Below are positions 16,831-31,475 of a stretch of DNA of 64,000 bases, piece after piece; position 1 is the first letter of the stretch, and the number at the start of each line of letters is the position of its first letter. Under the pieces are notes generated by a model. The model did no database searches, had not been told where the DNA came from, and worked only from the letters and a program-made list of their open reading frames with translations. The translations under genes and the position numbers were made by a program. Source of the DNA: the human T2T-CHM13v2.0 reference genome, Homo sapiens; assembly GCF_009914755.1 (NCBI RefSeq), contig NC_060931.1. The stretch is one strand, 5' to 3'.

Positions 16831-17634
16831 AAAGGTAAAGTATTTCTTAAAGTGGGAAAGAGGCACACGAATAATTGGGAATTTATCTAGGTATTTTCAC
16901 AAAGCCCATATCCCCTCCTCCTGGAGCAGTTTTGTGAGGTTTGATAAGAGCTTGTCTGGAGACCTCAGCTCTGGTCACATGAGCAACACACCACTTTCTT
17001 CCTGCTGAGCTTGAGCCATGGCCCAGCTGTGGCCGTGGTGACAGTGACCAGAATGATGACCAGGGCTGTGCTTTTCTCTCCTTTCTTCCCTTTTCTCAGA
17101 GCCCTGCCCAGCAACAGCAAAATACAAATCCTCTAGACTCCTGCACTCTCCACCCACTTCCTCCTGCTCAGATTCCTCATCTCCCTGCTTCCCCATAAAT
17201 GGCATCTCTCGTGAAAAACGGGCCTGCTGCAGGATCTGCTGCACACTCCACCCGCCTCTACCTTTGAGTACAAGGAGAAGATGCCCCTCCTTCCTCCTGC
17301 CAGTATGGGAGAAATGTGCTGGCCTCAGCAAGGATGGTAAGGATGGGAGTAGGGGGAGTGGGGATTTTTCTGTGATGGTATAGACAAGCACATCAGGTCC
17401 TTAGAGAACTTTTGGGGACTCTCAGGGAGCTCCCTTAGGGGAGCAAAAGCAGCTAGGTTGTTGTGTCCTGTCTGCATTCTCTCTCTACCCACTCAAGTTG
17501 CAGCCCCTTGGCATCCCCATTTCACCTAGCCCCATCCTGGGAAGGCTCTCCCTTGTCCCTGGCCTCCCATGGGCTCCAGTGCACTGACCTGTCCTTGCAT
17601 TGGCCTCAGCTTTCTCTCAGAAAGAGAGTTTCCA

Positions 17635-18248
<614 letters not shown>

Positions 18249-18676
18249 AAGAGAGTTTCAAGCCCTCACAGGAGCTCAGGATTCCAATGAATTCAGCCAT
18301 GCAGGGCTCACTTTGTTTTCTATCCTTTTATCCCTTTTGTTGGAAAAAAACGTTTCACTCTGTCCTCACCATCCAGTTTGGCAGCATCATATTTTGTAAA
18401 TATGTTTACAAAGAGATTTACTAATCTACAGGTTTGCTCCTGACCCTTTGTTGTTTGAGACCCCAAACTCCTGGGACAGAGATGGGTTCCAATCTACCGG
18501 GGAGATGTCTAAGCACTCAAAAGAAAAGAGGGACTTGAGGCCACTCCATAATAATATAATGAATATTTCTGTTGAACTTCACAATTTACAATGCCCTTTC
18601 ATGAATACATTGTTTTATTGGAACCTCATAACAATCATTTAGGAAAGCTGTTGAGATTAGAAATATGGAACTCACA

Positions 18677-18963
18677 GTCCAGGCGCGGTGGCTCATACCT
18701 GTAATTCCAGCATTTTAGGAGGCCAAGACAGGTGGATCACTTGAGGTCAGGAGTTCGAGACCAGCTTAGCCAACAAGTGAAACCCTGTCTCTACTAAAAA
18801 TACAAAAATTAGCCAGGCGTGGTGGCACGCGCCTGTAGTCCCATTTACTTGGGAGGCTGAGAATTGCTTGAACCTAAGAGGTGGAGATTGCAGTGAGCCG
18901 AGATCTCACCACTGAACTCCAGTTTGGGTGACAGAGTGAGATTCTGTCTCCAAAAAAAGAAGA
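18677..18963 (+). mobile_element. AluS-like
   Basis: TSD agaaatatggamctcaca; small right-arm deletion. Confidence 0.94.
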
Positions 18964-19289
18964 AGAAATATGGACCTCACAAATAATCAAATACTAGAGC
19001 TGATAGGAGATAGTCCTGAAGCCTTAGCCCACTTTCTATGACTAGTTACCCTGCCCACATTGCCTTGCTGTGGTTTCTGCTGGCTTCCCTCTCATGCCTT
19101 CCAACCTAGACAAGTATTAGTACAGACTACTGCTCTGGAGGAACAGACTCAGCCTGCTCTAGAAGTGGCTGCCCATGGCCACAAAGCCAAACAGGCGGTA
19201 CTGGCAGTGATCAGATCAGTGTAAAGGCAGGGGAATGCCTCTGATGAACTCCTGCTAGATCAGGGATTCCCTCAACTCTGAAAGCAGGC

Positions 19290-19626
19290 TACTATGGTCC
19301 AAAATTCAGATGTGGAGACCCAACCCCCAAGGTAATGGTATTAGGAGTTAGGGCCTTTGGCAAGTGATTAGGTCATGGGATTAATGCCCTCACCAAAAAA
19401 AAAAAAAAAAGGTTGAAGAGAGCTCCCTTGCCCCTTCTGTCATATGAGGACACAGCAAGAAAGTGCCATCTTGGAAGCAGAATACAAGCCCTCACCAGAC
19501 ACCGAATCTGCTGGCACCTTGATTTTGGACTTCCTAGCCTCCAGAACTGTAAACAATAAATTTCTGCTGTTTATAGATTGCCCAGTCTAAGATTTTTTGC
19601 AACAGCAGCATGAATGGACTAAGACA
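19290..19626 (+). mobile_element. MLT1A0-like MaLR solo LTR
   Basis: MLT1A body ending ggactaagaca; 5-bp TSD caggc. Confidence 0.88.
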
Positions 19627-19772
19627 CAGGCTTTCTCCAAGATGTGCAGAAGACTGCATCTTGCTGGCTCTTGTACGACAGCCTACAGAAAGTTTCCTTG
19701 GAGATGAGTGAGAGGTGACTCCAACTCAGTGCTCCTTAACCTTGTACACATTAGAATCACCTGGACAACTTT

Positions 19773-20695
19773 CTTTAACTTTTATTTTAAGCTCAGGGGT
19801 ACACATGCAGGTTTGTTACATAGGTAAACTTGTGTCATGGGGGTTTATTGTATAGATTATTTCATCACCCAGATATTAAGCCTAGTACTCATTAGTTATT
19901 TTTCCTGATCCTCTCCCTCTTCCCATCTTCCACCCTCCAATATGTCCCATTGTGGGTTGTTCCCCTCTTTGTGTCCATGTGTTTTCATCATTTAGCTTCC
20001 ACTTATAAGTGAGAATATACAATATTTGGTTTTCTGTTCCTATATTAGTTCGTTAAGGCTAATGGCCTGCAACTCCATCCAAATCCCTGCAAAGTACATG
20101 ATCTCATTCTTTTTTATGGCTGCATAGTATTCCATGGTGTATATGCACCACATTTTCTTTATCCAGTCTATTATTGATGGGCTAAATTTAGGTTGATTCC
20201 ATGTCTTTGCTATTGTGAATAATGCTGCAATGAACATATGTGTTCATGTGTCTTTATAATAGAAAACCTTATATTCTTTTGGGTATATACCCAGTAATGG
20301 GATTGCTGGGTTGAATGGTATTTCTGTTTTTAGGTGTTTGAGGAATCACCACACTGTCTTCCACAATGGTTGAACTAATTTACCCTCCCACTAACAGTGT
20401 ATAAGTGCTCCTTTTTCTCTACAACCTCACCAGCATCTGTTATTTTTCATCTTTTTATTAATAGTCATTCTGACTGGTGTGAGATGGTATCTCATTGTGG
20501 TTTTGATTTGCATTTCTTCAATGATCAGTGATTCTCCAATGATCATTTCTCCAATGATCTCATTGTGGTTTTGATTTGCATTTCTCCAATGATCAGATTA
20601 TTTTATGATTATCATAAAATAATCTTTTATATGATTGTTGGCCACATGTATGTCTTCTTTTGAAAGTATCTGTTCATGTCCCTTGCCCACTTTTG
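19773..20695 (-). mobile_element. L1PA13-like 3' end
   Basis: Reverse L1 3'UTR (caggtttgttacataggtaaacttgtgtcatggggg); ORF 20040-20237 is L1-derived. Confidence 0.9.
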
Positions 20696-20845
20696 CAATC
20701 ACAACTCACTGCAACCTCAACCTCCCAGGCCCAAGTGATCCCCCAACCTCAGCCTCCCAAGTAGCTGAGACCACAGGCAGGTACCTCTATGCCAGCTATT
20801 TTTTTTTTATTTTTGTAGAGATAGGGTCTCCCTATGTTGGCCAGG
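20696..20845 (-). mobile_element. AluJ internal fragment
   Basis: Lacks both head and tail; overlaps the next Alu at ggccagg. Confidence 0.88.
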
Positions 20846-21226
20846 TATGGTGGCTCATGCCTGTAATCCCAGCTCTTTGAGAGGCCTAGATGAGTGGATC
20901 ACTTGAACCCAAGAATTCAAGACCATCCTGGGCAACATAGGGAGACCCTGTCTCCACAAAGATTTAAAAAAAAAAAAAAGCTGGCATAGTGGCACCTGGG
21001 AGGCTACTTGGGAGGCTAAGATTGGGGGATCACTGGGGCTCACAAGGTTGAGGCAGCAGTGAGCTGTGTGACAGCACTGCCCTCCAGCCTGGGCAACAGG
21101 CGAGACCCTGGGAAGAAAGAAAGAAAGAGAGAAAGACAAAGAGAGAGAGAGAGAGAGAAAGGGAGGAAGGGAGGGAGGGAGAAAGAGAGAAAGAAGAGAG
21201 AGAGAGAGAGGATGAGGAAGGGAAGG
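20839..21226 (+). mobile_element. AluJ with GA-rich expanded tail
   Basis: Full AluJ to about 21110, then a purine tract. Confidence 0.9.
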
Positions 21227-21335
21227 AATACTTACTGCCAGGACCCCACCCCAGGGGAATCAGAATCACTGAGAGAAGGGCCTAGGAATCTGCATATTTA
21301 AAGGTTCCCCAGGTGATTCTGCTACACAGGGATGA

Positions 21336-21643
<308 letters not shown>

Positions 21644-22263
21644 AGAACTACTGCTCCAGGTGCTCAAACAAGAAAGGCAGACCTGTGATGATAAGAGGGG
21701 TGGATCACAGTACAGAGGTACCCCCAAAATCAAACCAGTGTGCTGTTACTTCTTTTCTCCAGTCTTTCCCAAACCATTCCCTTTTTGCCTGAATTTCTGG
21801 ATCTTTCCAGGGTTCTTCCTAAATGTCCTAAGAAAGGCGTTTTCCTTCTGGTGTTTTCAAGGCCTCACCTTTCTACCCTACCCCACTGCCCAGCCAGGAT
21901 TCTCAGTGCCAAGAAGTCTCCCTCTGCAGCTCAGATTAGAGCTACAGAGCCTGCAAGTTGCCTGAGGCTATGTGAAAAACACTCCTCCTCTTCTGGAGCG
22001 TCACTCACTGATGGTGAGTAGTGGCAAGGAGAAGTGGTGACTGGCTAGGCCAGAGAAGTGAGGCAATAAGATGAGGAACTGGCTGTGCTGGGACACAAGC
22101 TAAGACTTAACACTTTTGGCTGGAGACCAAGGGGTCTCATCATGTCAGTTATAGTCACTTATCAGCTTTCCTTTCAGGCCTTTATCTAAAAACACTATCC
22201 AAGCTTCCCCCAGACACCCACTGCATATTGTTCACCTGCTCAGCAGGTGAAGCAAGTAGGCAC

Positions 22264-22334
22264 CTTACACAGCATCCCAGCCACAGGCACCCCCAGGAAC
22301 TCAATCAAAACTCCTGCCACCCCAGAAAGCCCTG
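22264..22334 (+). repeat. 71-bp direct duplication, copy 1
   Basis: 66/71 identical to 23644-23714. Confidence 0.92.
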
Positions 22335-22721
22335 CTCCCAGCCATATCACAGGAACAAGGAGACTAGAAACATTCTTCCAGAGTGGCTGGAGAGCAAGGT
22401 ATTTCATGAACTAATGGAGTCCTCTATGAAGCATATACAGTGCAAAGGGGGAGGGTAGATGCTTTTATAAGCTGTTTCATTTGCCCTTACCACAACACGT
22501 AAGACAGCAATTAGTATGTCTCCTTTACAGCTAGACAACGGCCCAACGGGGATACATACCCAGGATCTAGAAGGCAATAAAAGTAAAAGCATTTGTATAC
22601 AGGCATCAAGCTTAGGGGATGGAGGTATAGACTGCTAATGGATGGCAAATCTGTGTGGAAAGTAGGGTGAAGCCTCATCACAGAGGTCTTACAGGAATCC
22701 ACTAATCCCTGCTGCTAACTA

Positions 22722-23045
<324 letters not shown>

Positions 23046-23059
23046 AAATCCAAGGGGAA

Positions 23060-23415
23060 TGTTATTCAGCCATAACAAAGGAAGGAAGTACTAATACATG
23101 CTACAATGTGAATGAACCTTGAAAACATTATGCAAAATGAAAGAAACCAGTCACAAAAGGACACATATTCTATCATTCCATTTATATGAAATGCCCAGAA
23201 TAGGCAAATTCACAAAAAGTAGATTCATAATTGCTGGGGCTGGGGGCAGGAGCAAATGTGGAGTGATTGCCAATGTATATGAGTTTTTTTAGGGGGTAAA
23301 TGAAAATGTTCTGGAATTAGATATTAGTGATGGTTGTACAACCTTATGAATATAAGAACCACTGAATTGTACACTTTAAAATGTTGAATTTTATGGTATG
23401 TGAATTATATCTTCA
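23060..23415 (+). mobile_element. L1MB-like 3' end
   Basis: atgaaccttgaaaacattatgc...atggtatgtgaattatatct. Confidence 0.82.
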
Positions 23416-23643
23416 AATATATATATTTGTATATATATGTCCAAAGGTAGGGGTTTCAAAATCCAAAAGCTGCCCAGGGTTCCCCGAGGCTTCTAGGAGA
23501 GCCTGAGAATAACAGAATAACTTTTCCAAGGTCTCTCAGTTAAAAAGTGGCAAAGGTGAAATGTAAACCAAAATTTGTCTGACCTTGAATATTCTGGTTT
23601 TCTACCATCTAAATGCCAAGTTCTCAGCCCCATAACTCATCAG

Positions 23644-23714
23644 CTTACACAGCACTCCAGCCACAGGCACTCCCAGGAATTCAATCAAAACTCCTGCCAC
23701 CCCGGAAAGCCCTG
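23644..23714 (+). repeat. 71-bp direct duplication, copy 2
   Basis: 66/71 identical to 22264-22334. Confidence 0.92.
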
Positions 23715-24264
23715 GGTTGTTAGCTCAGGTTGGTTGCTTCCCTCCTAACCTCTCATTGAGGTCCTCTGCCTTGAGGAGTTGGGGTTGGGATTGAACAAGA
23801 TAGGACTAGAAGAGGATACTGGAAATTTGGGTCCATGAAGCCTTTTAGGAGGTTGAGGAAGCCAGAGTGGTGCTACAGAGAAGGGTTTCAGAAATCTTGG
23901 AGGCAGAGAGAGAAGCAGGTCAGCATCTTTGTATGACTCCAGTACCTGGCAGTGTCCCACCCACAGCCTCCTGAGTCTCAGCTCATAAACCTGCAACACC
24001 AGCTCCAGCCTCTAGAGTGGCAGCTGCTGTGAGCACCAGTGCGGTGTGCCTTAGGAGCTGCAGCCCCACTTCATCTCAGAGACCCTCAGGACTGGCTCAC
24101 GGTGCCTCACATCCCTGGTTAGTCACCCCAGAGGTCCAGGTCCCCCAGACACTCATTACCAGAGTCTCATGTCCTACTTTCCAGCCTTTGTACTGGCTGT
24201 TCAGTCTGCTTGGACCCCTTTCCCCAGTTACCTGTAAGGCTAAACCCCTCACCTTTAATCTCAC

Positions 24265-24655
24265 TGCTATTATTTGAACGTCCCCTCCAAAACTCACGTT
24301 GAAATTTAGTTGCCATTGTGACGGTATTAAGAGGTAAAACTATTAAAAGGTTATTAAGCCATGAGGGCTCCATCCTCATGAGTGGATTAATGGCATTATC
24401 ATAAGAGTGGGTTCATCATCTCAAGACTGTGCTGTTATAAAGCCAAGTTTAGCGCTCCCTGTCTCTCACTGTCACCCTCACTTACCCTTCTGCCTTCCAC
24501 CATGGGACAACACGGCACAAATATCCTTACCAGATGCCAAGACCATGCTCTTAAACTTCCCAGCTTCCTGAACTGTGAGCCAAATAAATTTTTGTTCATT
24601 ATATATCATCCAGTCTGTGGTATTCTGCAATAGCAACATAAGATGGACTAAGACA
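24265..24655 (+). mobile_element. MST-family (MSTD-like) MaLR solo LTR within an L2 remnant
   Basis: tgctat...ggactaagaca; TSD ctcac/ctccc. Confidence 0.85.
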
Positions 24656-25510
24656 CTCCCTTCTGACATGGCCTATGCTGACCACTCTATTTTAAATTAC
24701 ATACACACAAACATATGCACACGTGTGTGCAGATACCTTTACCCCTGGCACTCCCGATTCCTCCTTACCTTAATTTACCTTGTCTTATTTTTTTTGATAG
24801 CACTTAACACCTTCCAATATTGGACATAATTTTCTTGCATGTTACTTTTGTTAGTTGTTTTCTATTTCCTCCAGCTAGAACACAAGCTCCAGAGTGGAAA
24901 TCTTTGTTTTGTTTGCTAATGTAGTCCAAGCACCCAGAATAGTACATGACCTATTATAATACTCCATAAACTTGTGGAGTGAAAGAATGAATTAATGAAT
25001 TAGCATTGTGTTCTGTATACACCTGATCTGCCAGGAACTCAAGGACCCACCCCATATACATATTTCCCTGAGTCCTCTGGGGTGTATGCTCTGAGCCCAG
25101 CACCAGCATCATAATCTCAGCCTTTTTCAAAGGATTTTACCTCCTCATCTCAACCCAAGCCTGGCTCATTGTTAAAAACATCACCTTGCCCACAATCACC
25201 TCGCAAAGAGGCAGTCTTTTCTCAGCTTAGGGTCCCACCCATAGCAGCCCCTTCCCTGACCACCCTATCTATTGTAGCACCCCAACTCTCTGATCCACTG
25301 TTCTCTTCTTTCAGCCCCTTCCTTCTTTCTTTTTATTAAAACACTTATTACAACATAAAATTGTTTCTTTGTCCATTTTCTTGTTTATGATCATTCTCTC
25401 TCTAGAATATGAGTGTCTTGAGGGCAGGACCATGTTTATCTGCTTCACTGTGTGTCATTAGCACTTAGCACACAGGATAGGTACTCAATGGACATATGAA
25501 GAAGGGATGA
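24656..25510 (+). mobile_element. L2 3' fragments
   Basis: ctagaacacaagctcc...gaatgaattaatgaa and ctagaatatgagtgtcttgagggcagg...taggtactcaat. Confidence 0.65.
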
Positions 25511-25680
25511 AGAGATTAAGAGGTGAGGGGTTGGAGGCATCAAGGAGAGCTGGATTTTTCCTTGTTTATTCCAAACCCTTCTGCTTTATTCAACTGCACA
25601 GGAAGAAATGATTCCATTGAGACAAAGAGTCCCCTGATTTCTTTTTAGACGGTAAAAAGAGCTTGACAATAAATGGCTAA

Positions 25681-26021
<341 letters not shown>

Positions 26022-26369
26022 TAAATGGCAGTTCTTAATATTGAAGAGGCAAGCCATAAGATCTGATAAAGAGATCTGATCATGGAACCTGGGTGTGTAG
26101 GAAAGGGGATCTTGGTCGACAGGAAACAGAAATGGCTAGCACCAAATTCAACTCTATTGGCATGCTTGCTCCCACTTGCTTGTTTAAGGGATTCACAGGG
26201 GCTGATTTGAGCATCCATCCCATGAATACAAGATGGCAACCAGAGAGCTAACTCTTCTAGTCCAAATAAGTGATAGCATTGTCTCCCTGATCTTCAAATA
26301 AATCTAGGAGTATCCCCTGAGCTATCACTCCATCGAATAGCACATCCAGAAGAGCAAGTGTGTACTGGG

Positions 26370-26540
26370 CCCTGGCTAAATGCTGGCCCTCCACTAAAGG
26401 CACCTTGTATAATTCTCCCCAGCTCTCATTATTCCCATTTTACAGATAAGGAGCCTGTTGAGAATGCAGTACCACATGGATTAGTACTCAGGCAGCCTGG
26501 TTCCCAAACTTGCAGGTTTCACCATTACATTTTACTGCTT
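26370..26540 (-). mobile_element. MIR
   Basis: ttattcccattttacagataaggag core. Confidence 0.65.
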
Positions 26541-27969
26541 CTTTTCTCTGTCATTTTCAAGGTAGAGCAACTCCATGTTGTAGTTCATTTGACATAGATA
26601 ATAACTCAGCACCTCTGCACTCACCCCTAAACTGTGACTTGTATACAAAGCTGGCCCTGTAGTTATTGATGCAAGGGACGTTCTAGTTCACAACAATGAG
26701 TAGAGGTTAAAAAATAAAATAAAATAAAAATAAAAGCGGTTGCCAACAATTGCCTACATATTGCAATGGAAACCAGTCATTTTGTTCTCATTTTGTGAAA
26801 ATGGGAAAAGCTACCAAGTTACCAGCAATATAAGTAGTCATGGTCAACAGGTACTTGCTGTGATTTGGAGCTCTTCCTGAGTCACCTGCTGTAAAGAAAG
26901 TGAAGTAATTGAGGATGCTTTCCTATAGAAAGGAGTTTTTACATTGCAAATATCTATCAGGGCATCACTTCTCTTTTCCAAAAATAGGACTTTTATTCCA
27001 ATCTACTTTGTTCTCCTTCAAAGAGAAACTGCATTTGAATAAAAGCTCAAGTACCACCTGCAGCACTTTGGCACACGCACGCTGAAGTTATTTCTGAAAT
27101 GGGGGACTGTGGGGTTGGGGCAGGAGCAAAGTGTACTTAGGATGCTCTGAATTTAAACTTAAGCCACCAAGTGTGATTCCTGTGTACCTTAAATGCCAAC
27201 TCTGTGGGAAGGTTTCCTAGATGTACCATAGTCTTTTCCAAGGCCATCCCCAGAGGCAAGTGCCTGCAGTAGTCTGTATCTAACAAACACAGTATGTTTA
27301 AAAGAGGCATCAGCACAACCTAGACACTAAAAGAGTGGGGAGAGACTTTATCTTAGAACATCTAAAGCCTAGGAGGCTGAAAAATTGAAAGATGAAGGAA
27401 GAGAGATTACTACAGGAGGTCTTCTTCAAGGTGTGGGGCTCATAGCTTTTTTAAGCATCAGCAAGAAAAGGAATCAAAGAGATGCCTTCTTCTCCCTCCT
27501 ACAGCTTTGAAGCTCCAGCCTTCCTAAAGCTGAAGCCCACACTGACCTTTATGAGAAAGGTAGAGCATGGTTTAGTACTTGATCTTTGTTTTGCCCTTGG
27601 AAGTAACAGCCCCACCTGCCTGTTTTCTGAAGCTGGCCTTGTCCTGCCATGGGAGTAGTTCCTTGTCTTTTCTATAGATGAGAAAGCAGATGTTAGATAC
27701 TGCTCTGAGGGAGCCCTGAAAACGAGTTATAATGATCTGAGCCTCAAAAGCAAATCTAACACTCAGGCCGATCCTAAAATGACTTTGCCACCTAACTAAA
27801 GCCATATGGCCTGAGTATATTCAAACTAGATTCTTTGCCAGAGAAATTCGTTGAGAGTCAACTGTTCTCTTTAAAATCATAAGCTTCTTTAAAATTATGA
27901 AGGGGACAGTGTCCAATTCTCTCCTCTTCTGGATTATTTGGAGAGTATCCAAAATAAGGTGTCTCTGAC

Positions 27970-28458
27970 ATATTGTCTTGGGACCATCTGTAACTGAATA
28001 AACTATGGTACCTGTTAAAAATTCAGTCCTCCGCCGGGCGCCGTGGCTCTTGCGTGTAATCCCAGCACTTTGGGAGGCCAAGGCGGGCGGATCATGAGGT
28101 CAGGAGATCGAGACCAACCTGCCTAACACGGTGAAACCCCTTCTGTCCTAAAAATACAAAAAATTAGTCGGGTGGGGTGGCAGGCGCCTATAGTCCCAGC
28201 TACTCAGGAGGCTGAGGCAGGAGAATGGCGTGAACCTGGGAGGCAGAGCTTGCAGTGAGCCGAGATCACGCCACTGCACTCCAGCCTGGGCGACACAGCG
28301 AGACTGTCTCAAAAAAAAAAAAAAAAATCAGTCCTCAGCCCCACCTCAAACCTCTCCCCCATCTCAGACCTACTAAGTCAGATTCTCTGGAGGTGGGGCC
28401 TGGGAATTTTTGCAAATTTAGAGGATTCTGAGACATACGAGTGTTTGGGAATTACTGG
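27970..28458. mobile_element. MER5A-like hAT element interrupted by an AluY
   Basis: cagacctactaagtcagattctctggaggtggggcctgggaat...tttgggaattactg. Confidence 0.7.
28032..28327 (+). mobile_element. AluY-like
   Basis: AluY diagnostics; flanks share tcagtcctc. Confidence 0.95.
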
Positions 28459-30462
28459 ATATGAGAATTAAACACTACCACTTTCTCAGAAAAATTTGGC
28501 CCAGGTGAGATCACAAACATTTTTTTCTAGCAGCCTCATGCTATTATGTCAACAAGACACTAGGGAGTTGCAGATCCATTACAGAACAAAAGATCTGAAC
28601 ACAGAATGGTGGGAACCAGTTTCCTTAAATGCTTCTGCCTTGCTGATAGTACTGGTGGCTGCTTAATGATAGTTTGCTATGAACAAAAGGAGCAGAGACT
28701 GGATGTGCAGGTGAATCTGCAATTGCCATGGAAACAGCAGCCATTATCACCGGAGAGGATCCCCTCTTAGGCAATCCTGCCATTCCGTTCAAAAACCCCA
28801 GCTTCTGCTTACTTTAGATTAGAAATCATGCTTTCTTGAGGCATGCTTCTGAGGGCTTATAAATGTGTATCCAAAAAAGAAGTAAACAGAGAATCATACT
28901 GTTTTCTTCTCTTACGTATCTTCCAAAAGCATTCCAGCATAATCCAAACAGGATGGAAATTCTCATCTCTTGGCACAAATCTCATATCATCCCTTGCATG
29001 TAGGGGAATAGGAGGGGTTGAGTTTGGGGTTGAAATAATTCATTTGCCTTCTTCCTTCCCCTACTTAATTAGTAGACCTAGTAATAAATGCATCTGCACT
29101 AGGATTTTAATTAAGTTAAAATTTTAAAACATTGTTTATTTTATACTGAGTTTAGAGGAATTTTTAAAAGTGTGACTGTGATGAAAACAATGCCACACTT
29201 ATGTTCTAGAAACCTAGATGTTAATATGGAGCATATCATGCACAGTAAACACTGGATCTTACATTATGCATTGAACATTTTATCTTTGCCTAAAATGGAA
29301 AAATAACAGCAACTTGAAGCATATGTGCTTATCACATAGGAAATAAAGCTCAGTAGGCTGTGTCCTCACCAAGAGAACTTTCCACGTTCCTGAGCCAGGT
29401 TTTCTTCCTTCCAGGCTCAGAAACCCAAGTGCTCTCAAAGTACATGAACCCTCCTCAGGGACAGACTCATATTCACTAAGCCCCCAAAACAGAATACCAG
29501 ATTATTCATTTATAATGAGAAGTACCTCTCCCAGGAACAGGAACACTCATGGATTGTATAACCAGCCCTTCCTCCTCAGGTTGGTGGACCTACAGGGCAG
29601 GCCAAATAATATAGTGGTCAAAATGCCATTTTGTTCTTTTACAGTCAGAAAAAGAAAACTATTGTAAGAAATGGAATACTAAAAGCCCTTGTAACAGATC
29701 CATTTCCGTAGGCAAAATGACAGAGGAAGTCAGATAATAATCAAAGATTGCCTGGAGAGCAGGAAATCAGAACAAAAAGAGTTCTCCAGATAAATCCAAT
29801 GCTAATGGCATCAGGCTGAGATGGCCTGAGGCTTCACCTACATGATGGGATTGGTCCCACCAATAGAAGGGGGATTATTTCATCTCCTCTGGACAATGGT
29901 TTGGAGGGTCCTGCCAACTGTTCCTTATATTTTCTATTTCTTATGACTCTAATCCCCAAGCTGACCACCATGCTCCTGATTTTCACATTATTTCTTTAGC
30001 TATGCTTAATATTAGTCAGTTCACTGTCTTGCAAGCTGAAGAACATTGTCTTTGTAATGGCTTTGCATATTCCACATTCCGTATTCTATTCTGTACCATT
30101 GTGTGGAGTTCATAGTTTAATTCCGTGCCACCTCCTTCATTTTAATTTTTTGAGAGCATCCTTTCTAAAGCTCCAGATAGGTGGGCAACATAGCTGCATA
30201 CAATGTTGTATTTCTTCTGATTTGCAAGTGACTCCAGCAAGTATTTGAAAAGATAATAATAAATTCCCACTCTGTCTCTTTCTTAGCATGGATTTGGTTC
30301 AGACTGAGCTATGCTGAGCCACCTCCGAATGCCATTGCAAGGATGTCAGTAGTTCCTTGGGAGCTGCTCTCCTCCTTATTGCTTGCCTTCTCCAGTTACT
30401 GTTCATTCATCACCAGTTACTCATTAGGTGAATGCTTGTATCTTAAACTGAGAGGGCTGGGG

Positions 30463-31269
30463 TGAAAGAGGAGAGTTCCCTTATGCCCCTCTCAGGATGT
30501 GCAACAAGGGTGTGGCTCACTCCTTCAGTAGCCCCGCTGCTCAGACTCCTAGGGGGGCAGGTACAGAGGCAGTAGGGAGCACTTTTGGGCTCCAGCCCCT
30601 CAGCAGCGTCTATGGGTGGGGGTCTGCGACTTCTGAAGCCCCAGCGGATGTGTGTTACAGTGTGCTCTCTCAGCTTAGCCATCTACATATGGCTTGTGCT
30701 AATCAGTTCAATAAACCCTCTGCCTTATCACAAGGGCAGGGGGCCAGTGTGACAGCCTTCTGTATCCCGAGTTCTTGCCCAGTGTATCAGAAGAATTAGA
30801 TCACATGTGGGCTGGAAGGATGAGTGCAAGGTTTTATGGAGTGGTAGAGGTGGCTCTCAGCAAGATGGACAGGGAGCGAGAAGCAGGGGATGGAGTGGGG
30901 AGAGTGGTCTTCCCCTGTAGCTGGGCTGCCCAGTGGCTCACTCTTCTCTGACTGCTCCAGGCTGAACTCCCCTAGGCCTCCAGGCGTCCTTCCTCTTCTC
31001 TCTTTCTCTGCCACATTGTTCCGTTGTCACTGGTCTGCTGGTTCCGACATTCAGCCACTTGTGTCTGTGCCCGCTAAGGTCTCAGGTTTATATGGGCACA
31101 GGATGGGGGGGCATGGTGGGCCAAAGTGGTCTTGGAAAATGCAACATTTGGGCATGAAAACAGGAGTGCCTGTTCTCACTTAGGTCTGCATGCACAGGCC
31201 TGAGGGTGGAGCCCCTCCAGGGATCCCGCCCTTCTCTACCCAGCACTTCCCTGCCTCCCTCCTGTATCA
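30463..31269 (-). mobile_element. ERV1 solo LTR, LTR27/LTR28/MER52 group
   Basis: Minus strand begins tgatacaggagggaggcagggaagtgctgggtagagaagggc; TG...CA ends; 4-bp TSD gggg; TATAAA at 31087-31092(-). Confidence 0.85.
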
Positions 31270-31475
31270 GGGGTGGACAGGAACGGGGCAAAGCAGATCC
31301 TGAGCAAGGGAGTGCGGATGGGGACATAGATCTCCAGGACCACAGAAAAGAGGCCGTTAGAGAGTTTTTATTTCAATTTGTTTTATTAAAATTTTTTATT
31401 TGTTGGACTGAACATCTATTGCATGAATATACCTAATTTTGCACATAATTTATTCATTGTCAGATACATTCTAGC

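Noticed and set aside
16975-17391. 138-aa minus-strand ORF (and the similar 140-aa ORF at 60218-60640)
   Set aside because: No homology recognised; compatible with chance in moderately GC-rich sequence.
21763-22013. Possible 251-nt exon (ttcttttctccag ... atg|gtgagt)
   Set aside because: An isolated splice-like pair with no other support; such pairs are common in intronic DNA.
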